Positions 1 through 12,493 are shown, counted from the first letter of the stretch. The stretch: DNA of 64,000 bases from Amoebophrya sp. A120 (GCA_905178155.1 CAJINV010000001.1:853643-917642), one strand, 5' to 3'. Program-made: numbers and translations. Notes: generated by a model from the letters alone, not told the origin.

Positions 1-1313
1 GAATCACCTGGAGAACGAAGGTGGTACAACTGATAGCTTTGTTTTTGACTTCCAGGAGCCAGCTAGTGCCATTCACTTGTACCTCTGTAGTACACGACCT
101 TAACGCAGCATAATTCCTCAGCACAGCTGCCACATGCGAACATTTTGTCAATAGCTACGACGATGGCAACACTCTTCTATCTATTGTGAATTTAAAGTTA
201 ATACCTCTTTCCCAAGTTTCGGAAAATCGGTTGCGCCGCCCTCTTCAACGTCGGTCATGAACAAGTGCAGTATGGAAGTGCCAGAATCGAAATTGACAAA
301 ATCGAAATGATTTGTCATGCATAAAATGGATTCGAGTTCGAACCCAGTTTCTAAGTGGCGCATGACAAATTCTGGTAGTGCTGCCCAAATCCAGTGCGTA
401 ATGCTGTTTAGGCAAAGAAGGCTGATTCTCTCATGCTGCTTTAGCAGCTCGAAATCTAACCCCAAACAGACTCACAATCGGCCTCACTTGCCTGCTCTGC
501 AACACACGTATTTCGGGTCATGCATTTTATGCATCACAAATTTGTCGATTTTGTCAAATTCGATCCTGACAGTTCCATATGCAGGGTGGCGATCAGGTTG
601 TTGGGTTTCCCCGGGACCACGTACTTGTTCCACCAGTCCGTGTGAATCGGGTGCCCGTTACCCGGAGAATACTGCCGAACACGGGTGGTGCCTGTAGTAG
701 GATTTGTGGTTTATCGTCCTTACGTCATAATTTTTTTGCTCTTTGAATCTGATCTTGATCCCTTGCAACTACAGCACCGATGTGCGATGCTAGGTCAGAA
801 CAAGCACCGTATCAAAAAGCGATGCAAATTCATCACATCGTGTCAAGTTGAACTAGTACCCGGCATGTGATTGTCCAAGTCCAGCAGTGCGTGTTTTCGC
901 AGCTCCACTTTGCGCAGCAGCGGGTGCGCGGTGACTTCCAGCTCCGTGACGCGGCCCGTGACCGACCCCCCGTGCGAGACGTCGAGCGCCGGCGTGGCTG
1001 CCTGCATGATGGCGTCCATCTCCGCATCGGAGGCAAAGTTGTCGATGTAGAACACCCGGGCGTCCTCGTCCAGCACCACTTTCCCCTTTTCGGCGGCGGC
1101 ATTCGCCTCTTGCTTCGCTTGCTCCACTTCGTCCCGCCCCACGTACAGCGGGCCGTTCTGGTACTTCTGCCCCAGGGGCCAGCCCTGGGCGCGGACCCCG
1201 TCGATTTCGAGTAATTCGTCCGATTTCCTCTTCATGTTCGCCTCGTTCTTCTCCCGCTTCTGCATCTCGCGCCGGTTGCAGTGTAGAGAGGAAAACGATT
1301 TTTTTGCTATCAT
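1..1313 (-). CDS. Prolyl 4-hydroxylase-like 2OG-Fe(II) oxygenase (3' partial, spliced)
   Basis: Exon RVFYIDNFASDAEMD. After GT-AG intron 692-859 and removal of element 271-579 plus one DR it reads RQYSPGNGHPIHTDWW...IATLHLFMTDVEEGGATDFPKLG (HxD and DVEEGG.T.FP motifs). A further GT-AG intron is likely at 8-204. Confidence 0.85.
271..579. mobile_element. Introner-like TIR element, family A
   Basis: Long imperfect TIR TATGGAAGTGCCAGAATCGAAATTGACAAAATCG / CGATTTTGTCAAATTCGATCCTGACAGTTCCATA; DR TGCAG at 266-270 and 580-584; removal restores the frame. Confidence 0.92.
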
Positions 1314-1441
1314 CTTTTCGTTTTGGTGTCAGTATCTATTTTGCCGCGATCATACTAGTTCAAGGACGGCTCTGGTGGTTGCGGTATGATTTTTGTGGAA
1401 CAAACGCAAGCGCTTTGATTACTCTTCACACATCTGCACCA

Positions 1442-3547
1442 TCAATTAGAGGCAAACTGCTGAATTCCTATTCTAATCCAAGATGCAAAAAGAACTACAC
1501 CGTTGCTTCTTGATAACAATATCCTGGTCACGGTTTGTATCTTGTGGCCGTTCATTTCGTCCGTGTAGGCCTGCACGCGCTTTTCGTAGGTGCGCAGGGA
1601 CTGCGCCGCGATTCCGTAGACTCCCTCGTTGTAGGTGTAGAATTTGCCGTTGCGCTCGGGGTGCGCAAAGAAATCGAACCGCACCATCGGAATGTTCCCC
1701 ATTTCCGCCGGATGGAAAGCCATGTACAGCTCCGCAACTTTCGTAATTATCTCCTCAAACTTGGCCCGCGGGTTCTCATCCAAGCCGCCCCAGTTGTTCG
1801 CCAGCACGGTCCACAGCTCCGGGTTGTTGATGCCAAACGTTCCGTTTTTGTGCAAGCAGTTGTCGAACTCGTTGCCCTCGATGCTAATCCAAAAACCCAA
1901 AATCTGCAGTTGATGTTGATCGATCATGAGAAATGCAGGGAACAAGCATGAAGCATGTTGACGAAATTTTGAAAATGATTTTTGGATGCAACAATCGCGA
2001 TCAATCTCTCGAAATCGAGACATGAAGCAAAACGGCGAAAAAATGAAATTTCTGTTGGGCATATTAAACTACTTTAAGAAGTATACCTCTCTGCACATCA
2101 CGTTAACGCGGATCTCTAGCGGCGACGTTTCCACCGACAGAACCTGTCTCGGGGTCCAGGTGACGGGCGGCATGCTGCCGACGGGAACTTTCTCTTCGAC
2201 AAACCACCGCGCCTTTCGTGTCACTTGATTCCATACGGTCTTTTGCATGTACCTTCAACATTTGTACGCAATCAGAATCACATTCATCTGTGAAGACCCA
2301 CTTCGATACTACACATGAAGATGACTAAAAATCAGAAAACTCACACAAAGATGTTCTGCTTTTTTCTGATTGAATCCATTGTCTTTATTGTACTCGTGGT
2401 AGTGCGGGATGTGTTCCGAGAGGAGGTAGGATAGCACTTGGTTCCGGGATGTGAAGAATTCGTCCTTGTTTAGGTAGAAGGCGAACGTGCGGTAGCCAAA
2501 ATCCAATTTCTCCAGTTCCTCCTCGCTCGGTTTCTTTGCGTTGATCCGGGCCTCGTGGTCGAAGTACTTGCGGATCTCAAATTTGTTCCACAAAATCTGG
2601 ATCCACACCACGCCGATGGAATTCGTCCCGTCCGACGGCTTCAGGATTATCCCGTCCGGGTGCTGTTCCATGAATTTCGTCTTCGTTACCTCGTCCAGCA
2701 TCGCCAGAAAGTGATCCGTGGTGTTCGCTTTCGACCGGTCCTTCTGCAGGTAGATGGGCTGCCCGTTCAGAATGTTGGTGGCCAAATCCTGAAACAAACC
2801 GCGTTCAAACCCGTCCTCTATCGGGCCTTTCAGAAACTCCTGCTGGTTTACGCCAAACTTGCGTAAAACCTGATCGACAAAAGTTAGTCAAGTCGTGTCG
2901 CATATTTTCATGATACTGTGTGCGAGTGCGAAACAATCATAGAATTATGTACTTGAAACGGCGACGGGGCAAATACGTAGTCACGTCAGCAATACACACG
3001 AAGATTGCGACTCAACAGCAGAAAGGTCGTGTGTGCGACCATGTTAAAGATCCAACCACAGGACAGCTTCCGCTGTATATTATCAACTGCATCTGTATAC
3101 CGGTTTCTGGCTGGCTTTCCGCGTGAGCGCTTCCAAGATGTGGTATTTTTCCCGGTGCAGTTCGTCATCGAGTGCCATGGTGTCGGCGTAATCCTCGTAC
3201 GACTGCACGCACATGTCAAAGTTGTCCTGCTCCTTCCACGTTTCGTTGATAAACCACCCCTCCAACCCGCGTCGCAGCCACGCGTCAATCTCGGCGACGC
3301 GGCTGTTGTGTTCCGCCCGAAACTGGTCTTTTTCGGCTTGGCACGTGTGTTTCCCGCACATCTGCCGCTCCTTTCGCCGGTCTTGCACCTTCTGTTTAGT
3401 GCTATCCGGGTACATCTCCCGGCTCATCACCATCGCGTTTGCGGTGGACAATATGTTACCACCTGGAAGATGCTGGTGCCCACCGGAGAAGAGCGCGGAC
3501 GCCGCGAGCGCGGAGAGCGGCGTCGCTAGTCGGCAGCTGGTGCGCAT
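1442..3547 (-). CDS. ATP-grasp-fold protein (multi-exon, GT-AG introns)
   Basis: Exons join to give IILKPSDGTNSIGV, WFVEEKV and PMVRFDFF...YNE, resembling ATP-grasp motifs. Ends are approximate. Confidence 0.6.
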
Positions 3548-4488
3548 TGTTTTAGATTTTCTCGTCGGAAACGAGGATGGTGACCTCCTGGTGAAAAAGA
3601 GTTTTCCGTCTGATGACCCCGCGTCGCTCGCGGAAGCTGTGGGTTTGATCGGGCGCTTGTTACGGACAACAGCCGACGTGCTGCAGCTTGACGGATGTGT
3701 CGCCCTGTCCAGCAGCATGACAAAGCAATGCGCCGTGTGTCACACGAGTCGCAATATGCCAGTCGCACCAGCAGCGCCGGGCGGGTGAATAGAACTGCAG
3801 CAAAGAGAAAACCGAAAGATCTTCGCCCGGAAACAAAAAAATGGCGACAGACGTGCAGGAGAGACGATGGACAATCTTGGGCTCGTCAGCGCACTTTCTC
3901 TAGTACGCTATGGTGTGCTGATGGTTCTTGAAGCTTCTCGGTATCTACTGACTGTGTGTAGATTGTCCTATACAAACAGACTACACTCGTGGATTTCTGT
4001 CACTTAATGGTTTCTCTCACGCGGCTACTTTCTCTCACTGATTCTCCTCTTCTAAGTTGTATTACGGATGTTGTACAATAACAATAAATTGAAGATCATC
4101 ATGGCACGGGAGTGTCGATCTGGATGGCAGTCCGCTGACGTAATTATACAGGTGCTACAGGCCTTCCGCCTCCGCGGAGCAAAATGGGACCCATCAATTC
4201 TTTCCCTATCTTTACTGGCTCCACACCTTCTTCTGAACACAGAACAACACTCACAGCTTGCTCACACTAAAGTAGCAGCAACCACTCCAGCCTTCCCAGG
4301 AGCTTCTTCCTTTTTTGGTTTTGAACGCGAAGGCACTACTTCTAAAAGAGACGATCCACTAAACCGCACATCTCCGTGAGTTTTATGATGTCAATCTTGC
4401 AGGAGGTTTGTTGTAGTCAAACCACACCTGCCACGACCCGGTGCTAGGATTTTGACATGGCAGATTCAACTGACTCTCCACGACCAGC

Positions 4489-5051
4489 TTAGTCGTTTTT
4501 CTTGCGGAAGGAGCAGCCCTCGGACAGGCGAGCCAAACCCCCGGTCGGCTTGCACAAGACCACGTTGCAGTTGTTGCACAACACAACGGTCTGAGCGTGG
4601 CTGTAGACGGTGGTGATCTGGAGGCAACCTGTTGTTTAAGTTTTTGTCAAACGGTTAGATTTGTGCAATTAAAAAACTTCTCCTCTCTCGCGAGCCTCCT
4701 CCTTACTACTACCTTTATTGCCACAAAGAGCAAAGCATTTGCACAGCCACACACAAACCCACATTTCAGAAAGAGAGGCTGAGGATGCAAACGAAATTTA
4801 GAAACGTGCATGAGCATCCAAATCCTAATATCGAAAGCAAAAGCATGCAGGAGGACGGTGGAAAATAATAAACTGAAATCACAACCAGAAGAGGTGCATG
4901 GAAAGGAAAATGTCAGCAATTAATTCTGTCCGTATATTATACCTGGGCATTTCACGTCCATGAAGAAGGAGTTCGGGGTCTGCACCAATTTCTTCAGCTT
5001 GTGGAGCTTCTTCTCCTCAGCCGGGAGCGGGTTCAGAAGATCGATATCCAT
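4489..5051 (-). CDS. RPS27: 40S ribosomal protein S27 (eS27)
   Basis: [37 protein letters not shown] | GT-AG intron 4629-4942 | [45 protein letters not shown]. Confidence 0.97.
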
Positions 5052-5762
5052 CTTGTTGGAGGGTTTGGAGTAGTGCCTTACTACAAAAAATGTGCGTTCG
5101 CGCGGTTCCCTGGAAAAGAGTTGAGGAGTGTGAGAAAGATACTGATTTAGATGAGAAATGGTACATCGGATGTGGAAACTCATTTAACGTAAGATCTCGT
5201 ACAGAAAATTTAGGTTTTATATGCGTTGTTCTCCTCTTGATCGTCGTATTTCCTTCGTTTATTTCAGGATCCTCTTCACGACCTCGATCGGTGATCAGAT
5301 CAAACACACGCAGATCTTTCATACTTTTCATGAGATGAATTGCCACATTTCGTACGACGTTCAAGGTACTTCTAGAGCGGCAGATCACTTTGCGCTTTGA
5401 TCTTTAAATTTCAAATGCTCGTCTGGATCAAAAAATTGGCGACCACAGCTTGATGGCATGAGAGCATATACATTCCGATTTCGTTTCAATGCTGCGGTTT
5501 CGAAAATCAAGATTGGCTATCTTCATCTTGGCTTTTGAGAAGGAAGTTTTCCAAGTTTTGATCTGTTGTTCGCCGTGATTTAGATTTTTTCCACTGGCAC
5601 TATGCAAGTACTTTACTTTGATCCTTCTTATTGAGCATGAGCAACGACCACCGGCAGGCCACATCTTCTAAAAAAGCAAGGTCCAGTCTTTGAAACGACA
5701 ATGAGTTCTATCTAAACCTCGAAAGAGAGGAGGAGGAGGACCTTATTCCGGATCATATTTCA

Positions 5763-6401
5763 TTATTTCACAGCCCCAAACATTGCTAGAGCCTTCTCAA
5801 CATCTGCGTCTGTCAAGCCTGTTGCTTTCTCGATCTTTAAAAACCGCGCTTCCAAAGCTTCGTCCGCAAACTTCAAATCCGCATCGTCCACGATGACGAC
5901 AAAATCCCTTCCCAAATCAACCCGATTCGCCGCGAGCCACGCCTCGATCTCTCCCGGCCGGCTGAGCACGTTCCCGCCACTGTGAATCGGAGTAACGTCA
6001 GCGATCTTTAAACTGAACTGTTCCAACGCTTTCCTCACGCAGTTCAGCGAGCCCGGTTTTTCGCGCCACGTCGACGTGAGGACGATCTCGACTCTTTGGT
6101 GCTGCACAGAAGTTGTAGGTGCTCCCGTACTAGACGTACGCGTTCTTTTTCCACAGCGCGCCGCATCAATATCATCTAAACGCACGATCTTCGCCAATCT
6201 TTCCAGATGTGTCGCGAGCAACTCCTTTCCTTCCAAAACTGGCCAGGACTCCTGGAGGTTTTCGTCCCGATGGATCAGTTCTGCCGCCGTGGCGCCGACT
6301 GGCAAGTGGTTCTCTCCCAGTGGGTGTAGCACGCCGTCCACATCCAGAAAGAGGATACTGCGGGGCGAAGACATGGAAGCATCTTTAATATCCGCGCTCA
6401 T
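5763..6401 (-). CDS. HAD-superfamily phosphatase (HAD_SAK-like)
   Basis: ILFLDVDGVLH, IVLTSTWR, RPGEIEAWL and FVVIVDD motifs. Confidence 0.85.
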   Translation of the reverse strand: MSADIKDASMSSPRSILFLDVDGVLHPLGENHLPVGATAAELIHRDENLQESWPVLEGKELLATHLERLAKIVRLDDIDAARCGKRTRTSSTGAPTTSVQHQRVEIVLTSTWREKPGSLNCVRKALEQFSLKIADVTPIHSGGNVLSRPGEIEAWLAANRVDLGRDFVVIVDDADLKFADEALEARFLKIEKATGLTDADVEKALAMFGAVK

Positions 6402-6751
6402 CAGAGAGTGTAGTTTAGACAGGACGACTCTCGTCCGCTATTAAAAGGTAATGTACGCTGCAAGGCAAGGTACTTAGAAGACACCGAAATCGCCGTCCCG
6501 ACCCCATATTCGGGAGTAAGTAAATCTAAGAGACGGCCCAAAGAGAGAACAAATGCTGTATCTTCAGATTTTGATATTCCAAGCACTGCTGCAGAGCGCA
6601 CTACAGTTGTCTGTCCGGGCATTCGACCTGCACCTGGAACTCAGTTTCAAAAAACCAATGTCAGTAGTACACAGTTCCACTTGTGTGTCCTAGTCTTACT
6701 TACAGTGGAAATTAACTGCCGTTGGTTCGATGCTGCTTTTCTGTGCCAATT

Positions 6752-7425
6752 CTACGCTCGATTTTCTGCCAGCAGAGGCTCTCTCGCAACGTCTTCTGCC
6801 GCTTCGTCCTCCCCAGCGTCTGTTTTCCTCCCCGCCCGGATTTTCGCAGATTCCTCCGTTCGTTCCGGGTTCGGCAGCGGCAGTAACTTCAGGTAGTAAA
6901 CCGCAATGTGCTGCAAGACGTACAGCACGAAACACGCGACAAAAGCCGCGGTAATTTCGCGAACCACCGACTTCGCTGTTTCGGACGGTGGCCAATTCTG
7001 GGAACGAAGTTCCTGAGGTGTTATTTGAACGACTATTGTTTCATTTATGTAGAAGTCGCGACAAACTTCAAGCACGTTGAGGGTGTTCCCAAAACAGCGA
7101 GGGGAAAATCACACTAGGCCTCGATTGGCCAGAGCAGGTACTTGTACTTCTCCCTATCATACTAAACTCGAAATAAGTTTTGCGCGGGATTTGGTGAGTA
7201 GAAAGATTCATTGATCATATGAATGTAAGTACTTACCTCCAGCAACACCACGAAGCAAAAGAACGTCAAGGTCACAATCACGGCAATGGTCACGCTGTAT
7301 TTCGCCCTCGTTCCTCCGGCGGGAACAGTCCGGCCGAGGTACAAAAACCCGAATAGCGAGAAGGCAACGAACACCCCGATCGCATAGTACAAGGGCATTT
7401 GAAGGGCCGCGAAATCGAGCGCCAT
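6752..7425 (-). CDS. Small membrane protein, hypothetical
   Basis: Two hydrophobic helices in 7237-7425, GTAAGT donor, and a third helix in the downstream exon. Exon structure is uncertain. Confidence 0.5.
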
Positions 7426-7428
7426 TTC

Positions 7429-7472
7429 TTTTCTTGCGATTCGCTTAAGTTTTTCTTGCGATTCGCTTAAGT
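7429..7472. repeat. 22-bp tandem duplication
   Basis: TTTTCTTGCGATTCGCTTAAGT x2, just upstream of the ATG at 7425. Confidence 0.9.
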
Positions 7473-8727
7473 TTTTGTTTTGGTCACTCGCAAGGACAGA
7501 AATAAAACGAATATGTATATGACTGAGTCAAAACCTTCCAGGTTGGGCAAAAATCTGCGCAAAGCTGACACTTCACGAAACGGAAGTAGCTCATTGATGC
7601 AGAGACATGAAAGCACCACGACCAGCATTTCTTGTTGCCCACGACAAGCATTTTTTCAATCACGCCCAAAACTGGAAGTGATCCTGACCTTCTTGAATGA
7701 CCAGTTGCTGCAACGATACAACGAAATACCAGTGCGGCACGATTTCAGCAACGATTTAGATGACGACTTTGTGCCAAGGTGGAACCCTTATCTTCAGAAC
7801 GGTACAGTAGAATGAGGATCGAACCTTGCATACATGAACTTACGACAGCCCCGACATCACCGAAAAACTGTGAACGAAGTAGTAAGTACTAGTCCTGGCT
7901 TAAAAATATCGCAGCTTTTGCCGAACAATCAGTGCGACCAGGTGCCGTGTACGCACCCGTGCGGCATTGCGCAATCAATGAATTCCTTTCAGCTGCAATT
8001 TTGGGCTCTAGTAAAAGAACGAAACGGAAACAATTTAGCGAATCACAAACACAAAAGCATTTGCAAAATCAGTCTGGTATGTTCTTCTCACAGTAACCCA
8101 AATGCTGTAAGTACAAACAGAATCAGTGTGACTCTGAACCAAAATCTTATATATGTGCAGGAGCAGGCGTGCGGTTGAGAATCAGTGTGCGTCTCTTTTA
8201 CGCAGTGCCAGTTCTTTCAGAAGGATACTATGTGATGATTCCTCTTAGCATTAGGTATTGGTTTCATCTGTGCGACCGCTGCATGACGAGGCTCTTTCCG
8301 AGCTGCTCGCGTCCACATCGACATCGCTACTGCACACAGAAACTACATGACGCCAACATCTTTCCGCCGACGTTGCCACGCACAACGAAGTTCTCTTTAC
8401 TCTTATTTCCCTCCGCAGATCGCCTGGCAGATGCCGGCCATGCAGCTCCCCCCGGATGCGACTGTGCCTCTATCGCTCTGGACTGGCGCTATGGGCATTT
8501 TTCCCTTCAGAAACACGTTCTTCGGCAAACTGTCCTCGTCAGCACACCATCGTGTTGCGGACTCACAGAGCTCTCAACTGAGAAAAAGAAAGGTAAAAGA
8601 AAAAAGAAAGCCAAACACAGATAGTTTGACTTTTACCTTGCTGTAGAGAGACAGAGAGACTGCACTACTAGAAAGTTACGGTTTTTTTTTTGTGTTTTTT
8701 ATGAATGTCGCGCCCGGAGGGCGATAT

Positions 8728-9904
8728 TGGTAACCAAATGCGTGCGCGAAAATCTAACCAGCGCGAAAGCCTAACCAGCCGCGCGGCGAAAGCGCGGNNN
8801 NNNNNNNNNNNNNNNNNNNNNNNNNNNNNNNNNNNNNNNNNNNNNNNNNNNNNNNNNNNNNNNNNNNNNNNNNNNNNNNNNNNNNNNNNNNNNNNNNNNN
8901 NNNNNNNNNNNNNNNNNNNNNNNNNNNNNNNNNNNNNNNNNNNNNNNNNNNNNNNNNNNNNNNNNNNNNNNNNNNNNNNNNNNNNNNNNNNNNNNNNNNN
9001 NNNNNNNNNNNNNNNNNNNNNNNNNNNNNNNNNNNNNNNNNNNNNNNNNNNNNNNNNNNNNNNNNNNNNNNNNNNNNNNNNNNNNNNNNNNNNNNNNNNN
9101 NNNNNNNNNNNNNNNNNNNNNNNNNNNNNNNNNNNNNNNNNNNNNNNNNNNNNNNNNNNNNNNNNNNNNNNNNNNNNNNNNNNNNNNNNNNNNNNNNNNN
9201 NNNNNNNNNNNNNNNNNNNNNNNNNNNNNNNNNNNNNNNNNNNNNNNNNNNNNNNNNNNNNNNNNNNNNNNNNNNNNNNNNNNNNNNNNNNNNNNNNNNN
9301 NNNNNNNNNNNNNNNNNNNNNNNNNNNNNNNNNNNNNNNNNNNNNNNNNNNNNNNNNNNNNNNNNNNNNNNNNNNNNNNNNNNNNNNNNNNNNNNNNNNN
9401 NNNNNNNNNNNNNNNNNNNNNNNNNNNNNNNNNNNNNNNNNNNNNNNNNNNNNNNNNNNNNNNNNNNNNNNNNNNNNNNNNNNNNNNNNNNNNNNNNNNN
9501 NNNNNNNNNNNNNNNNNNNNNNNNNNNNNNNNNNNNNNNNNNNNNNNNNNNNNNNNNNNNNNNNNNNNNNNNNNNNNNNNNNNNNNNNNNNNNNNNNNNN
9601 NNNNNNNNNNNNNNNNNNNNNNNNNNNNNNNNNNNNNNNNNNNNNNNNNNNNNNNNNNNNNNNNNNNNNNNNNNNNNNNNNNNNNNNNNNNNNNNNNNNN
9701 NNNNNNNNNNNNNNNNNNNNNNNNNNNNNNNNNNNNNNNNNCATTTCCCTGACCTTCACGCCTCCCGGCGGTTGCCCTATATGGTAACGGCAACTGCCTT
9801 CGCGCTGCGTTTGCTAAGCAATATCGCAAGCGCGCAGAGCGCGCGCGCCGGCTTCGTGGGCCGGCGCGCGCTCTGCGCGCGCGCGCGCACGCATTTGGTT
9901 ACCA
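8728..9904. mobile_element. TIR element spanning the assembly gap
   Basis: Perfect 21-bp inverted repeat TGGTAACCAAATGCGTGCGCG (8728-8748) / 9884-9904; GC-rich hairpin near 9830-9880; interior mostly N. Confidence 0.65.
8798..9741. other. Assembly gap
   Basis: Run of N. Confidence 1.
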
Positions 9905-10029
9905 GATTATTTTTGTAGCTGCAAATAGTTTTTTCAAGTGCAACTGCACACAGGCAGAAACATCAGTGGACTTCTAACTAAAAAACGCACTCCCCCAGGC
10001 TACAACCCTAGCTACTTCTAACGTACACA

Positions 10030-10638
10030 CTACCTACGAACGTCCACACCACCACCACTTTTCTTCTTTTTCGGCTTTCGCATCCGCTTCGTTTTCGCAA
10101 TGAAGGGGGCAGGGTCAAGTGTGATCTGGGTTCGTAGTGCAATTGCCGCTTCAATCGCGAGCGCACTGTTCCCGTACGCGGCTGGATCGATGTGTCGGGA
10201 TACGTGGCGCGTAGACCCATCGGGCAGCTTCGCGTTCGTCACCCTAACGAGAAGCACCCCGCCAAAAGCACGCGACGCAGCTCCAGGTATGGACGTGCAC
10301 CACGTGATGCCCTTGGGGAGCTGCATGGGCGGGTCCTCATCGACAGTGCGGGCGCTGCCGGCAGAAACATCGACGACGCGCTGCTCAGGATGCAGCTCCG
10401 AGTCAAGGGCTTGCGACGGCATCAGCTTCTTGGTCCGCTGCGGAGGGGCGTCAACGTCGAGGGCCCGCGCAGGTTTCGCACTGGTCGTAGTTTCCTTGGG
10501 TTTCTTGGGGGGGGCCGGAATTAATGCACTGAAGTCCGCCTCTGCCTGCTTCTGCTTCTTGTATCGCATGTGTCGGAACGCAGTCTTCAAATTGGCGAAC
10601 AACCGCTGCTGATCAACGGGGACACGTTCTCTGATCAA
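10030..10638 (-). CDS. Hypothetical protein with possible AP2-like DNA-binding domain
   Basis: LPKGITWC...VLLVRV...SRHIDPAAYGNSALAIEAAIALR resembles the AP2/ApiAP2 pattern; basic tail KRMRKPKKKK; no clear ATG. Confidence 0.45.
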   Translation of the reverse strand: MIRERVPVDQQRLFANLKTAFRHMRYKKQKQAEADFSALIPAPPKKPKETTTSAKPARALDVDAPPQRTKKLMPSQALDSELHPEQRVVDVSAGSARTVDEDPPMQLPKGITWCTSIPGAASRAFGGVLLVRVTNAKLPDGSTRHVSRHIDPAAYGNSALAIEAAIALRTQITLDPAPFIAKTKRMRKPKKKKSGGGVDVRR

Positions 10639-10955
10639 CCGCTGCTGATCAACCGCTGCTGAAACACGTTGTTCGGCAAACTGTCCTCGTCGTAGTACCC
10701 AACTGCCCAGGAGGGAACCAGCTCGCTCAGCACGTAACTTGGGTGCCCCATGCCTTCAAACATCTCGGTGCTATCTTAATCTTTCCCACAGTTGGCCAGC
10801 AAAATTTTCTCGCCGCCAGGGTGATCCGGGAGCCACTTGGTGACATCGCACACCATACCGTGCAGCCCGACCCAGGCATTGGTGTTCTGCTTGTGTTTGG
10901 CCACTTCGTCAAGTGAATACTGGACCGCCGGGATCTCGACGTTTTTGGGAGCCAT
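10635..10955 (-). pseudogene. Cytochrome b5 domain with in-frame stop
   Basis: MAPKNVEIPAVQYSLDEVAKHKQNTNAWVGLHGMVCDVTKWLPDHPGGEKILLANCGKD*DSTEMFEGMGHPS; TAA at 10776-10778. Not called in the ORF track. Confidence 0.8.
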
Positions 10956-12493
10956 AATTGCGAATGTTCCTACTTCGAGAGCAGATTCAGAAAAAAGCTT
11001 GCTCTTATTTTTCCTCGTGTCGGTTCTTCCGTTTACGCAAGGGCGAAAGATGGACAGTGATAAAAAAGCTACAGCTTTAGTAGTACAGATATTCTTTCCA
11101 AGTTCGACAACCTGAAATTACGCACTAAAGAGGGCTCGGGTTTTCTGGCTGAGTACGATGGTTACTTATGGAGAATTTAGAGGCAAAAACAAGTAAACTT
11201 CTCTGGTTGTCGACAATCGTCTGCCTAGCGCCAAGTAGACGACTGAATAAACTCGAAGGTCTTTTCACCGAGCCCAATAACAAGATCAGCCACAACCACA
11301 CAACCGAAACCGACTGAAACAGAAAAAATAAAAAAACGAAAAAAATTTCCAACAGATGTGCGCGCGTTTGCTGAGGAAGGTGCACCGATTCCAACCTGTT
11401 GTACGTCGATGTTGTTTTCGATACACGTTGTAGCTGTGTGCAAAATGGCGAGAGGTTCGATTTTATGTCATCACCATGAGCAAAGAGCGATTAACCCGCT
11501 CCTTTGGTTTTTGTCTGACCTGCGACCCGACATACTCGCTGTATGGCTTGTCGTAGCATTGTAAGAAACAGGACGTGCCATCATCCCGATTTCCGCAAAA
11601 ATGTGCCGCTTTGAGTGCGATTGCCACGCCTCGTATTGATAAAATAATTGTACTTAAGTAAAAAATGGGAATGAAAGAATGATCTTGAAGGTGGTACTAA
11701 CTGCTTACGCCTGTTGCGCTTAGGCTCACGACAGAGCTTGCGTGCCCGCTTCCTTCGTGTATTGGCGTGAGTGCTGTCGGAAAACAGGGGACATACGGGG
11801 GCGGATTCCCACGCTTCTGCCCCCCTCAGAAATCCCACATGCGTGCTGTTGCGCAACACTCGGCCAACTGCTGTGGAGTGAGGCTCCTGGCCGTGTGTTC
11901 GACCGATGCGTGGCCCCACGTGCGGCTCCGCGGCGCGCGTAACAACGTCAGAGGGCCGCAGGCCCTTTTCAATACATAAACATACCCGCAGCCCCGGCGT
12001 AGGCGTAGCTCGGGCCGAATTACAAAACTGAAGAGCAAGGAACTAGCTGCGGCGGCTACATACGTACCCCGCGGCCACGCTTCTACCTGCCTACTAGCTA
12101 CGTCGCCGGCGCCTTTCTTTTTTTTTTCGAGATTTTCGCGCCGCCGGAGTGTCACGGCCCAAGAGTTACACACGTGAGGAGGCCGGGCCGTTTTGATACC
12201 CGCGCCCCCGGCGTAGCTTGGGCCGAAATAGAGAAGAAGAAGAAAAATTTTGGGCGGTTTGCTGGTACGTGCGGCTGCTTGTTTCGCAATACCTGCGCGA
12301 TCGTAGAAGTGGTTGTCGTCTACGTCGGTCTTCAGCTCAATGTGAAATGCAGAAGTGCGACTACTTTAACAGTAATTTCATCATTGAGTAAAATATCAAA
12401 AATCATTATTTCATCGTGAAAATAGAAAGTCGATCAACCCCGTGAGACATCTCCACGCAGCAGACGTGTCCGAGAGGAGGTTATATATAAAAA

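Noticed and set aside
7480-8300. Plus-strand ORFs
   Set aside because: Short, no recognisable motifs, and opposite to the cluster orientation; region left unannotated.
8668-9829. ORFs of 350-363 aa over the gap
   Set aside because: Artifacts of the N run.
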